NCBI GenBank assembly: GCA_033763455.1
Contig: JANRKO010000039.1
Span: 1-64,000 of the forward strand
DNA from: Polyangiaceae bacterium
Lineage (GTDB): Bacteria > Myxococcota_A > Polyangia > Polyangiales > Polyangiaceae
DNA length: 64,000 bases
Reading direction: 5' to 3'
The notes beneath the pieces are model-generated. The model ran no database searches. It was not told the DNA's origin and worked only from the letters and a program-made list of their open reading frames with translations. Every line of letters begins with the position of its first letter. The first letter of the stretch is position 1. Both the position numbers and the translations under genes were made by a program. Below are positions 36,620 through 46,649 of the stretch, piece after piece.

Positions 36620-37606
36620 TCAGTCGCCTCGGCAGATAAAGCCGGAGTAGGTGTCTGCACACGCCACGTCATCCCAAAGAGCATCCGTACCCAAGCGAAG
36701 GCAATCCTGATTGCCGCCGTTGTTATTGGGCTGCCCCGATTGCCAGTTGGAATAAAGGCCGCCAACCTTCACTCCACTTGCACCCCCCATCCAAAACTGT
36801 GCGCCATCAACCCAGCGCCAGACTCCTTCCATGGCGTCGCGCCCACCCAACCAGACAGCACTCATTTCGAGTGAGGTGGCCGTTTGGCGCACCCAGGCGT
36901 TTTCCTCTGCGCTATCGATACGAGCCAGGGACAAGCCTGCTTGAACACACGCGTTGTTGGCCTCCGCGCGACTCGCACTCACCCTGCAGAACATGTAGCC
37001 GTGAGCCCCGTGCGACATACCGATACAGCTCTCCGGACAACTTTCGTCCGCAATTCCCGCAGTGCAATTCTCATCCCGGCCATCACAGCGTTCTGCACCC
37101 GCCGGCTGACAAGCAGCCGGCCCGCCGCCGGCTGCCGTGCTTCCACCCGAGGAAGCCCCACCTGAGCTGCTTCCACCTGAGCTGCTTCCGCCCGCGCCTG
37201 ATGCCACACCACCCGAACTCGTGGAACCCCCAGCAGAAGAGGCACCACCGCTCTCCTGGCCAACGCCCCCCGTTTCCGAACCCACATCCCCACCCGCTCC
37301 GTCGTCGGCTCCGCCTGTGTTTTCGGCACCCGCGCCGGTGTCAGGCGGATTGACCGAACCTGGGCGCCCCCCCGAAGGCATCGATCCGACGCTTGGAATC
37401 ACCCCACCAGTACCGCCAGAAGCCTGCGACCGCACCCCGCCAGCTGCCGAATCTGTTCCGCTGCCGCCTGGCGTGTTCGAAGAGTAAGTAGTGTAAAGGT
37501 CGCTACCTTTTTCGGAAGAGCACCCTTGAAGCGCGTTCGTGAGCACTCCAACAATCAAAGAGATGCCCCCGAGTAAGTACGTTCTGCGAATATTCATTGG
37601 ACTCAA
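36620..37606 (-). CDS. C-type lectin domain lipoprotein
   Basis: Lipobox LQGC; Gly/Ser linker; ERCDGRDENC; LARIDSAEEN, WLGG, WRWVDG, YSNWQSGQPNN and WDDVAC. Confidence 0.88.
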   Translation of the reverse strand: MSPMNIRRTYLLGGISLIVGVLTNALQGCSSEKGSDLYTTYSSNTPGGSGTDSAAGGVRSQASGGTGGVIPSVGSMPSGGRPGSVNPPDTGAGAENTGGADDGAGGDVGSETGGVGQESGGASSAGGSTSSGGVASGAGGSSSGGSSSGGASSGGSTAAGGGPAACQPAGAERCDGRDENCTAGIADESCPESCIGMSHGAHGYMFCRVSASRAEANNACVQAGLSLARIDSAEENAWVRQTATSLEMSAVWLGGRDAMEGVWRWVDGAQFWMGGASGVKVGGLYSNWQSGQPNNNGGNQDCLRLGTDALWDDVACADTYSGFICRGD

Positions 37607-38061
37607 AGAGTCTCGTACTCAAGCCCACCCATGAGATCAAGGGCATTACGAGTGGACTCCGTGGTGTAAAATCGAATCGTGTCGTCAGTCTATGCAAGGC
37701 GAGATTCGGGCGTCTCAGCTAGAGATTAGGCTAACAGCCTTCCAGGCTCACTTCATCGAGAACGTCTCATTTCTGTACCGAGGCGTTCGTGCGCTCCGCA
37801 ACCCAAACGCCACACCCGCGAAACGGAACAACCACCGGCATCATGCATGTTTAGGCGACGTGTGGCGCACAAAGTCACGCACCTCCCCAGACTCGTAGGC
37901 AGTCACGGACGGCAGGACCCGGCGTTGCGGCTAGTCTGCCCGAGGCCGCCCTCCAGCCCGGGAAGGCTCAAAGTGCTCGAAAACCCGCGACTTGGAAGCC
38001 TCGCCAACTCGTCCTAGGCTCCGCTCCGCGCACTTTTGCCACACCCCAAGGATCCTCAAGA

Positions 38062-38901
38062 ATGCCCAGTACCTCTGAATTGCTCGCCCAGGTGCCATTC
38101 TTTAGCTTGCTCGACGATCAGGAACGGAGCGTTCTGGCAGAACGCGTGGAGGTCGCATCCTTTCCTAAAGATGGAGTCATCTTCAACTACGGTGACCCGG
38201 GCGACGCGCTCTACGTCGTTATTTCTGGCGAAGTCGAAGTTTTTTTTAAGAACGACACGGGTGAAAGAATTGTGCTTGAGACCGCAACCGCCGGAGACTT
38301 TTTTGGTGAAGTCTCGCTGCTCGATGGCGGGCCGAGAACTGCATCGGCCGTAGCCACGACCGAAGTACAGGCACTGGAGGTGGATCGCGACGATCTGGAT
38401 GAGCTGTTTCGCTTGAAGCCGGGCGCAGCTATGGATCTGTTGTCGGCAACTGGGAGACGCCTGCGCAAAAATGCCGAGCTGCTTCGCCACACGGCAACCC
38501 GCAATGTCAACGAAGAGGTGGAGGATCTGCGCACCACGGTGATGAAAATTGCAGACTGGATTTCCGAGTTCAGCGGTAGCCTGCCCTTTCTATTTATCCA
38601 CATCGGCTTGTTTTTCACCTGGATTATCCTGAATGTGGGGCTTTTACCTTGGGGCGGGTTTGACCCATTCCCGTTTGGGCTTTTGACCATGGTGGTGTCG
38701 CTCGAAGCCATCATTCTTTCGGTATTCGTGTTGTTGAGTCAGAACCGCCAAGCGGCACGGGATCGCGTACGGGGCGACATTGAGTACGATATCAACCTAA
38801 AAGCTGAGCTCGAAATCGCTCACTTGCATGAAAAAGTGGACCAGATGAACTCTGAGCTATTAAAGAAGCTTGCGACCCTGGAACGCGCAGCTACCAAATA
38901 A
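38062..38901 (+). CDS. cNMP-binding domain + DUF1003 membrane protein
   Basis: GDFFGEVSLLDGGPRTASA; FDPFPFGLL...EAI...LLSQNRQ..RDR. Confidence 0.9.
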   Translation: MPSTSELLAQVPFFSLLDDQERSVLAERVEVASFPKDGVIFNYGDPGDALYVVISGEVEVFFKNDTGERIVLETATAGDFFGEVSLLDGGPRTASAVATTEVQALEVDRDDLDELFRLKPGAAMDLLSATGRRLRKNAELLRHTATRNVNEEVEDLRTTVMKIADWISEFSGSLPFLFIHIGLFFTWIILNVGLLPWGGFDPFPFGLLTMVVSLEAIILSVFVLLSQNRQAARDRVRGDIEYDINLKAELEIAHLHEKVDQMNSELLKKLATLERAATK

Positions 38902-38924
38902 AGGCCGTGTTCGCAGGAGCAGCG

Positions 38925-40094
38925 ATGGGCGACTCTGACAACATCACTCGCTTGGAACACCAAGGGCGCGAGATATTCCTGATCGGCACCGCTCACATTT
39001 CAAAGCACAGTGTGGAGGAAGTAAGAGACACCATTCTCTCGCTCCGCCCGAACACCGTGTGTGTGGAGCTAGATCAGTCCCGGCACGACGCCCTCATTGA
39101 TGACTCGGGGTGGCGGCGACTGGACTTGCCCAAAGCGATCAAAGAGCAACGCGTGCTGTTCCTCCTAGTGAGCCTAGGCCTTTCGGCGTATCAGAAGAAG
39201 ATGGGGGATAAGCTGGGAGTGCGCCCCGGAGCGGAGCTATTGGCGGCCGTTTCCGCGGCCCATGAGGTGAGCGCGGAGCTCGTTTTGGCGGATCGCGAGG
39301 TCCAAATCACGCTGAAGCGTGCCTGGCGCGGGCTTTCCGGGAAGGAGAAGGCGCAGCTTCTCGGCCTATTCGGCACTCCACCTGAGCACGAGGCTATGTC
39401 TGGGGAGCTCACCGAAGAGCGCGTTGAGCAACTCAAAGATAAACAGACCATGTCGGACATGCTCATGGAGATGACCAAAGCACTGCCTGGCATCAAGCGC
39501 CCACTCATTGACGAACGGGACCTCTACCTGATTTCCAAAATCCGAGAATCCCAAGGGGCACGCGTCGTTGCAGTGGTGGGCGCGGGGCACGTTAAGGGAA
39601 TGGTTGAGAATCTGAACACGCCGGTGGATCGCACTGAGCTTGAAAAGGTGCCTCCCCCTGCACCCTTGGGACGAATCTTGCGCTGGCTCGTGCCCGCTCT
39701 CGCGTTGCTCATGTTTTTTGTGGGTTACTCGCGCGACGAGCTACCCGGCCTTTGGCCTCTCCTCCACGCCTGGGGGCTCTCAACGGCCGGCTTTGCACTC
39801 CTTACGGCGCTGGTCGCTCGCGCGAAGCCGCTCACGGTGCTGCTTGCCACACTCTTGGCGCCAGTTCTCGCTCTCGATCCTAAAAGGCGGGCGGGCCGCC
39901 TCCTCGGCCTAGTTGAATATCAGCAAGGGCCACCCACGGACGCCGACAAGCAGGCGGTTCGCAGCGATATTCTCAGTCGTCGGGGGGTCTATGCCAATCG
40001 CTTCACACGTATAGCACTGGTCTCGGTTCTGGCGTCGCTCGGGAGCACTCTCGGTGCCTGGGTGGGAGCGCTTTGGGTGTTCGCCCGCTTGTAA
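38925..40094 (+). CDS. TraB/GumN (PrgY-like) family protein
   Basis: LIGTAHIS; VCVELD..R; PGAE; LADR; LIDERD; VVGAGH; C-terminal TM helices. Confidence 0.88.
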   Translation: MGDSDNITRLEHQGREIFLIGTAHISKHSVEEVRDTILSLRPNTVCVELDQSRHDALIDDSGWRRLDLPKAIKEQRVLFLLVSLGLSAYQKKMGDKLGVRPGAELLAAVSAAHEVSAELVLADREVQITLKRAWRGLSGKEKAQLLGLFGTPPEHEAMSGELTEERVEQLKDKQTMSDMLMEMTKALPGIKRPLIDERDLYLISKIRESQGARVVAVVGAGHVKGMVENLNTPVDRTELEKVPPPAPLGRILRWLVPALALLMFFVGYSRDELPGLWPLLHAWGLSTAGFALLTALVARAKPLTVLLATLLAPVLALDPKRRAGRLLGLVEYQQGPPTDADKQAVRSDILSRRGVYANRFTRIALVSVLASLGSTLGAWVGALWVFARL

Positions 40095-40187
40095 AACGCT
40101 GTCTAGATGAGAGCAGCTGGGGTGCTCGCTCGTTTGTAGCACTCTGCGTGCTTGGGCCCACTCCGAACCGAGTGTACGCTCGTACGC

Positions 40188-41174
40188 ATGAACCATGAAT
40201 GGCCCAATTTCGATGGCATGCCGGCGGACGACGTATTGCCCCTCGAGCGCCCGCAAGGCCAAGACCTAGCGCGCTTCATTTGGTGGAACGGCGATCTCAA
40301 AGAGGCCGACACCCAGAGCGTTCATTTCTACGCCAATGCTCTGCACTACGGCACGGCTGTGTTTGAAGGCATTCGATGTTACCCTGTAGACGGAGGCGCA
40401 GCGCTCCTACGCTTGGGTGACCATATCGAACGGCTATTAGCATCAGCGAAGCTCTACGGCATGAAGGTGCCGTTCGACGCCGAAGCGCTCCGAAAAGGTG
40501 CCATCGAAGTGACACGCCGCAATCAGATCAAAGACGGCTACTTACGGCCGCTGGCCTACTTTGGGCACGGCCCGATCGATCTGAAGCCCAAGCGAGAATG
40601 CCCGGTGAAGGTGTTCATCGCCGTACGTGAGCTCGGCTCCTTCTTGGGAGAAAGTGCTCTCCGAAATGGTATTCGCGTCACCATATCGAGCTGGCGAAAA
40701 TTCCACCACACCATGTTCCCCACTATGGCCAAAACGAGCGGGCACTACGCCAACAGCGTGCTGGCCGCACATGAGGCGCTGGACCGCGGCTACGACGACG
40801 CCATCCTGCTCAATCAAGACGGCACAGTCGCAAGCGCAACCGGTGAGAATGTATTCTTCGTGAAATCTGGAGTGCTTTACACCAATGACGAATCCAGTTC
40901 GATCATCCCAGGCATCACCCGCGACTGCATCTTGACGATCGCCCGGGAAAACAACGTACCCCTGATGATCCGTGCTTTTACACGCGAAGATCTGTTGCGG
41001 GCGGACGAAGTCTTTCTCACCGGTACCGCGGCCGAGGTCACCCCCGTACGTGAGCTCGATGGCATCGAATTTCGCACCGGGCGAAAGACGCTCGGCGCCG
41101 TACTACAGCGGGCCTATTTGCGAGCGGTAACTGGCAAAGACGAGAAGCACGCGGATTGGCTGACGCGGGTTTGA
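40188..41174 (+). CDS. ilvE: branched-chain amino acid aminotransferase
   Basis: LHYGTAVFEGIRCY; AK.SG.Y.NS; GENVF; GITRD; DEVFLTGTAAEVTP. Confidence 0.93.
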   Translation: MNHEWPNFDGMPADDVLPLERPQGQDLARFIWWNGDLKEADTQSVHFYANALHYGTAVFEGIRCYPVDGGAALLRLGDHIERLLASAKLYGMKVPFDAEALRKGAIEVTRRNQIKDGYLRPLAYFGHGPIDLKPKRECPVKVFIAVRELGSFLGESALRNGIRVTISSWRKFHHTMFPTMAKTSGHYANSVLAAHEALDRGYDDAILLNQDGTVASATGENVFFVKSGVLYTNDESSSIIPGITRDCILTIARENNVPLMIRAFTREDLLRADEVFLTGTAAEVTPVRELDGIEFRTGRKTLGAVLQRAYLRAVTGKDEKHADWLTRV

Positions 41175-41275
41175 GTTATTCACGTTGCTTCAATCGACGC
41201 TATGCCACATGTCCCCGGGACTTGCGGACTAGCCATTCTGCTAGTCTCGACGACCACGCAGAGTGACGGGGTGAA

Positions 41276-41389
41276 TCACGTGAATCGCGCACGTTTCAGC
41301 GGGGCCTGAAAATCTGAGTCGCCATCCATCCAACGGGAAAGCATGTTCGTGTCGAACAGGACTCGCTTCCACGTTTGCTCCACGGCCAT
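41276..41389 (-). pseudogene. truncated PIN/VapC-like toxin
   Basis: RVLFDTNML PIN N-terminal signature; stops after 37 aa; starts 10 nt after the upstream gene. Confidence 0.6.
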
Positions 41390-41399
41390 CGCTCGGCGC

Positions 41400-42248
41400 C
41401 TAGTGATGGCTCGACCGGCCAAGATCAGATGCCAGCTCTTCGCTGTCCCACGAACCGCGCATGACCCCAAAGGTTTCGTCGAAGCGTTCCTCGGCCATTT
41501 GAGCAGTCTTGGCGGCGCGAATGTCGGCCGCATGCAAGTCGGCCATGTCGCCCTCGGCCGTGACCACGGCGTCCGTCAGCACAACCACTTCTTGACCCCA
41601 CAGTTCCCGCGCGCGATTGCGCAGAGCGCTCGGCATCTGCACGCTGCGACGAGCCCCGGAAGTAGCCAAGATAAACCCAGGAGGATCGTAGGTGAGCGAA
41701 ACAATCTGACCGCTGATCGACGTGGTAGCTCGCTGCCCCTTGCGTTGCGATACAGCATGCTTACGGAGAGACGCCTCCATCCTCGTGATACCGGCCACAA
41801 CGTTCCAGCTGCCACCCGACGTCTTGCTCACGAAGCTCAATGTCGCCGCACTCTCCTTGGCGGCGGCGCTTGCCCGCGCGAAGGCGTCAGCCCCTGAGGC
41901 GCTGAGGCGTGGTGCTTGTCCTTTTGGTACGCGCGCTAGCTCGGCGGCGGTTTCGCTCCAAAAAGCTTGTGCGATAAGGTCGCTGGCAAGCGGTGCTCCC
42001 TTCACGCCACCTCCCGCAATCAGCGGTACGATCAGGCTGCCCTTTCCCGTGGGCCCAATTGAGAAGGTAAGCGCGTCGCGAACCTGCGGCAACGCCCAAC
42101 CATGTTTTGCGGCCAGCTCCGGCGCTAGAGAAGCCCGAAGCGAAGTTAACCCTTCCAGCGTCGCTTGCAGGGCCCGAATGTACGCCTGGGCCTGCACGAA
42201 CTTCGCACCCGATGCGGGCTGGAACCGGACAGAGAACTGATGGCGCAT
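41400..42248 (-). CDS. hypothetical protein (282 aa), upstream partner of the PIN fragment
   Basis: Long ORF divergent from hsdM; C-terminal beta-rich region and acidic tail FDETFGVMRGSWDSEE. Confidence 0.7.
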   Translation of the reverse strand: MRHQFSVRFQPASGAKFVQAQAYIRALQATLEGLTSLRASLAPELAAKHGWALPQVRDALTFSIGPTGKGSLIVPLIAGGGVKGAPLASDLIAQAFWSETAAELARVPKGQAPRLSASGADAFARASAAAKESAATLSFVSKTSGGSWNVVAGITRMEASLRKHAVSQRKGQRATTSISGQIVSLTYDPPGFILATSGARRSVQMPSALRNRARELWGQEVVVLTDAVVTAEGDMADLHAADIRAAKTAQMAEERFDETFGVMRGSWDSEELASDLGRSSHH

Positions 42249-42363
42249 TCCGGTAGCATAGCCGCAAGCAAGGGGCGAGCGTGCAACTTTCTGCGACAAC
42301 CCCAAGACCCAGAACGCACGGTTCTTGATTGACGTTTCAAGTGCGGCCTAGTCTCACGTTTCC

Positions 42364-44490
42364 ATGGCATCCCCGCGCACCCAGGCCAACGTCACTGCGA
42401 AGAACCTACGGCCTTCGACCGCGAGCGGACCGAAGGCGGATTCTGCCCCTCCCGCTTCACCCCGCAGCTTCGGCGGCTTCTCGGAGATCACCTCGTTCAT
42501 CTGGGGCGTGGCTGATCTCCTTCGTGGAGATTACAAACAGGCAGACTACGGCAAGGTCATTCTGCCACTGACGGTCATTCGCCGCCTGGATTGCGTCCTC
42601 GACAAGTGCAAGGCGAAGGTGCTCGCGAAGCATGCAGAGCTGAAGCAGGCGAAGCACCCTGAGGGAACCATCGAGAAGATGCTGCTGCGCGCCAGCGGGA
42701 CCACTTTCTACAACACTTCGAAGCTCGACTTCGAAAAGCTGAAAGGCGACCCCAACAACATCGCCGCCAACCTCACCTCGTACATCAAGGGTTTCTCGCC
42801 CACCGCCCGCGACGTGATCGAGCAGTTCAAGTTCACGGATCAAATCGCCAAGCTGGAGGACGCAAACCTACTGTTCCAAGTGGTTTCGCGGTTTGCGGAC
42901 GTGGATCTCCACCCCGAAAAGGTGCCCAACCACGTGATGGGGTCCATCTTCGAGGAGCTGATCCGGAAATTCGCTGAAGCTTCAAACGAGACCGCTGGTG
43001 AGCACTTCACCCCCCGTGAAGTCATCCGCCTCATGGTGGACCTCCTTTTCATCGAGGACGAAGACACCCTGGCCAAGAAGGGCATCGTCCGCACTCTCTA
43101 CGATCCTGCGGCAGGAACGGGTGGTATGCTCTCCGTTGCCGAAGAATACCTGCGCGAGCTGAACCCCGATGCGGAGCTGAAGGTTTACGGGCAAGAGCTG
43201 AACTCCGAGTCTTACGCCATCTGCAAGAGCGACATGATGATCAAGGGGCAGGATCCCGAGCACATCATTCGCGGGAACTCCTTCTCTGAAGACGGGCACA
43301 GCGGCAAGAAATTCGACTACATGCTCTCCAACCCGCCCTTTGGCGTGGAGTGGAAGAAGGTTCAGAAAGAAATCGAGAACGAGCACGAGACTCAAGGCTT
43401 TGCCGGGCGCTTTGGTCCAGGTCTGCCGCGCATCAACGACGGCTCGCTCCTGTTCCTGCTGCACATGCTCTCGAAGATGAAGCCTGTGGACGCGAAAGGC
43501 GAAGGCGGCAGCCGCCTCGCGATTGTCTTCAATGGCTCACCGCTATTTACGGGGGACGCGGGCTCTGGCGAGAGCGAGATCCGGAAATGGGTGATCGAGA
43601 ATGACTGGCTCGAAGCCATTGTCGCGCTGCCCGATCAACTCTTCTACAACACCCCAATCTCCACATACCTGTGGATCGTCACCAACCGTAAGCCTAAGGC
43701 CCGCCGGGGCAAGGTGCAGCTCATCAACGGTGTCGAGCTGTTCCAGAAGATGCGAAAATCCCTTGGGAACAAGCGGAACGAGCTGGGCAAGGCGCACATC
43801 GAGACGCTCGCTAAAACCTACGGAGATTTTCTCACCAGCGACATCGCGAAGGTCTTCGACAATGCGGATTTTGGGTTCCGCCGCATCACCGTGGAGCGTC
43901 CGCTTCGTCTGAATTTCCAGGCGTCACCAGAACGCCTTGAACGATTGCAGGAGGAGAGCGGCTTCGCGGCGCTGGCCAAGTCGAAGAAGAAGGGGGCTCC
44001 CGGGGAACGCGAGGCGGAGGAAGGGCGAGAACTGCAAGAGAAAATCGTGGCGGTGCTTCGCACGCTGAATCCGTCGCAGGCAATCAAGAACCGCGATGCC
44101 TTTGAGAAGACGCTGCGCTCAGCCTTTCAGAAGGCGAAGCTCGATGTGCCGACGCCGGTTTTCAAGTCGGTGATGGCGGCGCTTTCTGAACGCGATGAGA
44201 GCGCAGACGTTTGCACCGACAGCAAGGGTCGCCCGGAGCCTGACGCCGAGCTGCGGGACAACGAGAATGTTCCCTTGAAAGAGGATATCCAGAAGTACTT
44301 CAAGCGCGAGGTATTGCCTCATGTGCCGGATGCTTGGATTGATGAGAGCAAGACGAAGATTGGGTATGAGATCCCGTTCACGCGGCATTTCTACAAGTAC
44401 AAGGCGCTGCGGCCGCTGAGCGAGATTGAGGCGGAAATTCGGGCACTAGAGGGGGAGATCCAGGGGATGTTGGGGGAGGTGCTGGGGTGA
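42364..44490 (+). CDS. hsdM: type I R-M methyltransferase subunit (m6A)
   Basis: GEHFTPREVI; YDPAAGTGGML; GQELN; SNPPFG; LFYNT.I.TY. Confidence 0.96.
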   Translation: MASPRTQANVTAKNLRPSTASGPKADSAPPASPRSFGGFSEITSFIWGVADLLRGDYKQADYGKVILPLTVIRRLDCVLDKCKAKVLAKHAELKQAKHPEGTIEKMLLRASGTTFYNTSKLDFEKLKGDPNNIAANLTSYIKGFSPTARDVIEQFKFTDQIAKLEDANLLFQVVSRFADVDLHPEKVPNHVMGSIFEELIRKFAEASNETAGEHFTPREVIRLMVDLLFIEDEDTLAKKGIVRTLYDPAAGTGGMLSVAEEYLRELNPDAELKVYGQELNSESYAICKSDMMIKGQDPEHIIRGNSFSEDGHSGKKFDYMLSNPPFGVEWKKVQKEIENEHETQGFAGRFGPGLPRINDGSLLFLLHMLSKMKPVDAKGEGGSRLAIVFNGSPLFTGDAGSGESEIRKWVIENDWLEAIVALPDQLFYNTPISTYLWIVTNRKPKARRGKVQLINGVELFQKMRKSLGNKRNELGKAHIETLAKTYGDFLTSDIAKVFDNADFGFRRITVERPLRLNFQASPERLERLQEESGFAALAKSKKKGAPGEREAEEGRELQEKIVAVLRTLNPSQAIKNRDAFEKTLRSAFQKAKLDVPTPVFKSVMAALSERDESADVCTDSKGRPEPDAELRDNENVPLKEDIQKYFKREVLPHVPDAWIDESKTKIGYEIPFTRHFYKYKALRPLSEIEAEIRALEGEIQGMLGEVLG

Positions 44491-45680
44491 AATCAGTTCG
44501 CCTAAAGTTCGTAGCCAGATTTGCATATGGGGACTCTCTGTCGAGCGATCATCGGACTGACGGTGACGTGCCGGTCTACGGTTCCAATGGAATCGTCGGG
44601 ACGCACTGTAGAGCGAACACGCTCGCTCCCGCCATTGTGGTCGGACGGAAGGGATCCTTCGGCAAGCTTGCGTATTCCAGCAGAGCCGCATTCTGCATTG
44701 ATACGACGTTCTTCATTGATCGCCGCTTCTCGCGTACCGATCTTCGATGGCTCTACTACGCGCTTCAAACGGCAGGGCTCGACGAACTGTCTCAGGACAC
44801 TGGCGTTCCGGGGCTTTCCCGAGAAACGGCATACGAGAAGGCGCTCCCGGTTCCTGCCGAGGCGATGCAGCGAGAGATCGCTACCTTCCTCGATCGCAAG
44901 ACTGCCGCCATCGATGCCCTCATCGCCAAGAAGGAGCGCCTCATCGAGCTGCTCCAGGAGAAGCGGCAGGCGCTTATCACGCAGGCGGTGACGAAGGGGC
45001 TGGACCCAAACGTGCCGATGAAGGAGTCGGGGGTTCCGTCGCTCGGACGTTGTCCGGCCCACTGGCAGCTGAAGCGCCTGATGCATCTCACTCCGTCGCG
45101 GCGCCAGATCATGTACGGCATCGTGTTGCCTGGGCCCAACGTTGCGGAGGGAATCCCGATCGTCAAGAGCGGAGATTGTGTGGCCGAGAAGCTTCGCCTA
45201 GATCGCTTGCATCGCACGACGCCAGAGATTGAAGCGCCATTCGCAAGAGCGCGTCTTGAGCCAGGAGACATCGTCTACGCGATTCGTGGCAGTATCGGGA
45301 TGGCTGCGATGGTGCCTCCGGAGCTAAGGGGCGCAAACCTAACCCAGGACGCTGCGCGTATCGCGCCTCGCTTCGGCATCGGCGGCCGATGGCTGCTCTA
45401 CGTCGTCCAGTCCACTGGAGTCTGGTCGCAACTTCAAGCCGGGGTGGTCGGTGCGACGGTCAAGGGGATCAACATTCGGGACCTCAAGCGCCCGATGGTC
45501 CCCGTGCCTCCGCAAGTGGAGCAAAACCAAATCTTCCGCTTCCTTGATGGGGCCATCGGCGGGATGGACAAGGCTCGAGCCTCCACGGAACGAAGCGTCG
45601 AGCTCCTCCGCGAATACCGCCAAGCCCTCATCACCGCGGCCGTCACCGGCAAAATCGACGTAACCAAGGAAGCCGCGTGA
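44487..45680 (+). CDS. hsdS: type I R-M specificity subunit
   Basis: Two TRDs separated by the conserved helix KRQALITQAVTKGLDP; C-terminal REYRQALITAAVTGKIDV; GTGA overlap with hsdM. Confidence 0.95.
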   Translation: MKSVRLKFVARFAYGDSLSSDHRTDGDVPVYGSNGIVGTHCRANTLAPAIVVGRKGSFGKLAYSSRAAFCIDTTFFIDRRFSRTDLRWLYYALQTAGLDELSQDTGVPGLSRETAYEKALPVPAEAMQREIATFLDRKTAAIDALIAKKERLIELLQEKRQALITQAVTKGLDPNVPMKESGVPSLGRCPAHWQLKRLMHLTPSRRQIMYGIVLPGPNVAEGIPIVKSGDCVAEKLRLDRLHRTTPEIEAPFARARLEPGDIVYAIRGSIGMAAMVPPELRGANLTQDAARIAPRFGIGGRWLLYVVQSTGVWSQLQAGVVGATVKGINIRDLKRPMVPVPPQVEQNQIFRFLDGAIGGMDKARASTERSVELLREYRQALITAAVTGKIDVTKEAA

Positions 45681-46600
45681 GCGACATCAAGCTCTTCAGC
45701 CTTAAAGGTATTCCTCCCGTTGAACTCACGGGCAAATCCGTCGCCCTAGAGAAGTCCCTCCAGATCTTAATCGAAGCCCACCTCGACGCGTTCCTCGGGG
45801 TTCGGTTTCTCGCCACCGAATACTCCACCGGTAAGGTCCACGGGGGCCGCATCGATACTTTGGGCATCGATGAGAATGGTTGCCCCGTCATCATCGAGTA
45901 CAAGCGCGCGACCAACGAGAATGTCATCAATCAGGGGCTTTTCTACCTCGATTGGTTGATGGACCATAAGGGCGAGTTTGAGCTTCTGGTGCTGAAGAAG
46001 CTGGGCAAGGAAGCCTCCGAAGACATCGAGTGGGGGAGCCCGCGGTTGATCTGCATCGCGGGGGACTTTACCAAATACGACGGGCATGCCGTCCAACAGA
46101 TCAACCGCAACATCGAGCTCGTGCGTTACCGAAAGTACGGCGACGAACTGCTTCTCTTGGAGCTGGTGAACGTGGTCAGCGTTGAGCCCTCCGAAGCGGA
46201 GAGTGGTCCGGCTCCCGTGGGCACCACTGGCAGTGGTGTGGCGAAGCTGACTGCCGCCGATCAAGTGCGGGCGGCTCCGTTGGAGCTTCGAGATCTGTTC
46301 GAAGCCGCAAAGGCGTTCCTCCTTGGGTTGGGCGACGATGTTCAACTCAAGCCGATGAAGTTCTACTTCGCGTTCAAGCGCCTGAAGAACTTTGCCTGCG
46401 TCGAGATCAGGTCCCAGGCAAAGACGGTTCGCATCCACGTCAAGGTCAACCCGGACAGCATCACCTTGGAGGATGGTTTCACCCGAGATGTCCGCGGGGT
46501 TGGGCATTACGGCACCGGAGATCTTGAGATCACTCTGCGAACCTTGGATGATCTGGAAAGGGCCAAAGCGCTTTTGATCAGGAGTTACGAGGCAAGCTGA
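45677..46600 (+). CDS. NucS/EndoMS-like PD-(D/E)xK nuclease fused to DUF5655
   Basis: EKSLQ...E; GRIDTLG.D...PVIIEYKR; QGLFY; C-terminal KFYFAFKRLKNF...RDV.GVGHYGTGDLE; GTGA overlap with hsdS. Confidence 0.8.
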   Translation: MSDIKLFSLKGIPPVELTGKSVALEKSLQILIEAHLDAFLGVRFLATEYSTGKVHGGRIDTLGIDENGCPVIIEYKRATNENVINQGLFYLDWLMDHKGEFELLVLKKLGKEASEDIEWGSPRLICIAGDFTKYDGHAVQQINRNIELVRYRKYGDELLLLELVNVVSVEPSEAESGPAPVGTTGSGVAKLTAADQVRAAPLELRDLFEAAKAFLLGLGDDVQLKPMKFYFAFKRLKNFACVEIRSQAKTVRIHVKVNPDSITLEDGFTRDVRGVGHYGTGDLEITLRTLDDLERAKALLIRSYEAS

Positions 46601-46649
46601 TGGCTAATGTCGCTCTTCGTGCAGGTCGTATCGCACCGCAGGATGCCGG

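Noticed and set aside
37607..38061. Riboswitch or sRNA in the 450-bp divergent intergenic region
   Set aside because: I found no recognisable aptamer consensus or strong stem by eye; an Rfam scan would be needed.
38925..40094. Conjugation gene (TraB)
   Set aside because: The TraB/GumN/PrgY family is a chromosomal metalloprotease-like family, and no transfer genes are nearby.
44487..45680. Invertible (shufflon-type) hsdS
   Set aside because: There is a single hsdS, with no silent TRD copies, inverted repeats or recombinase seen.
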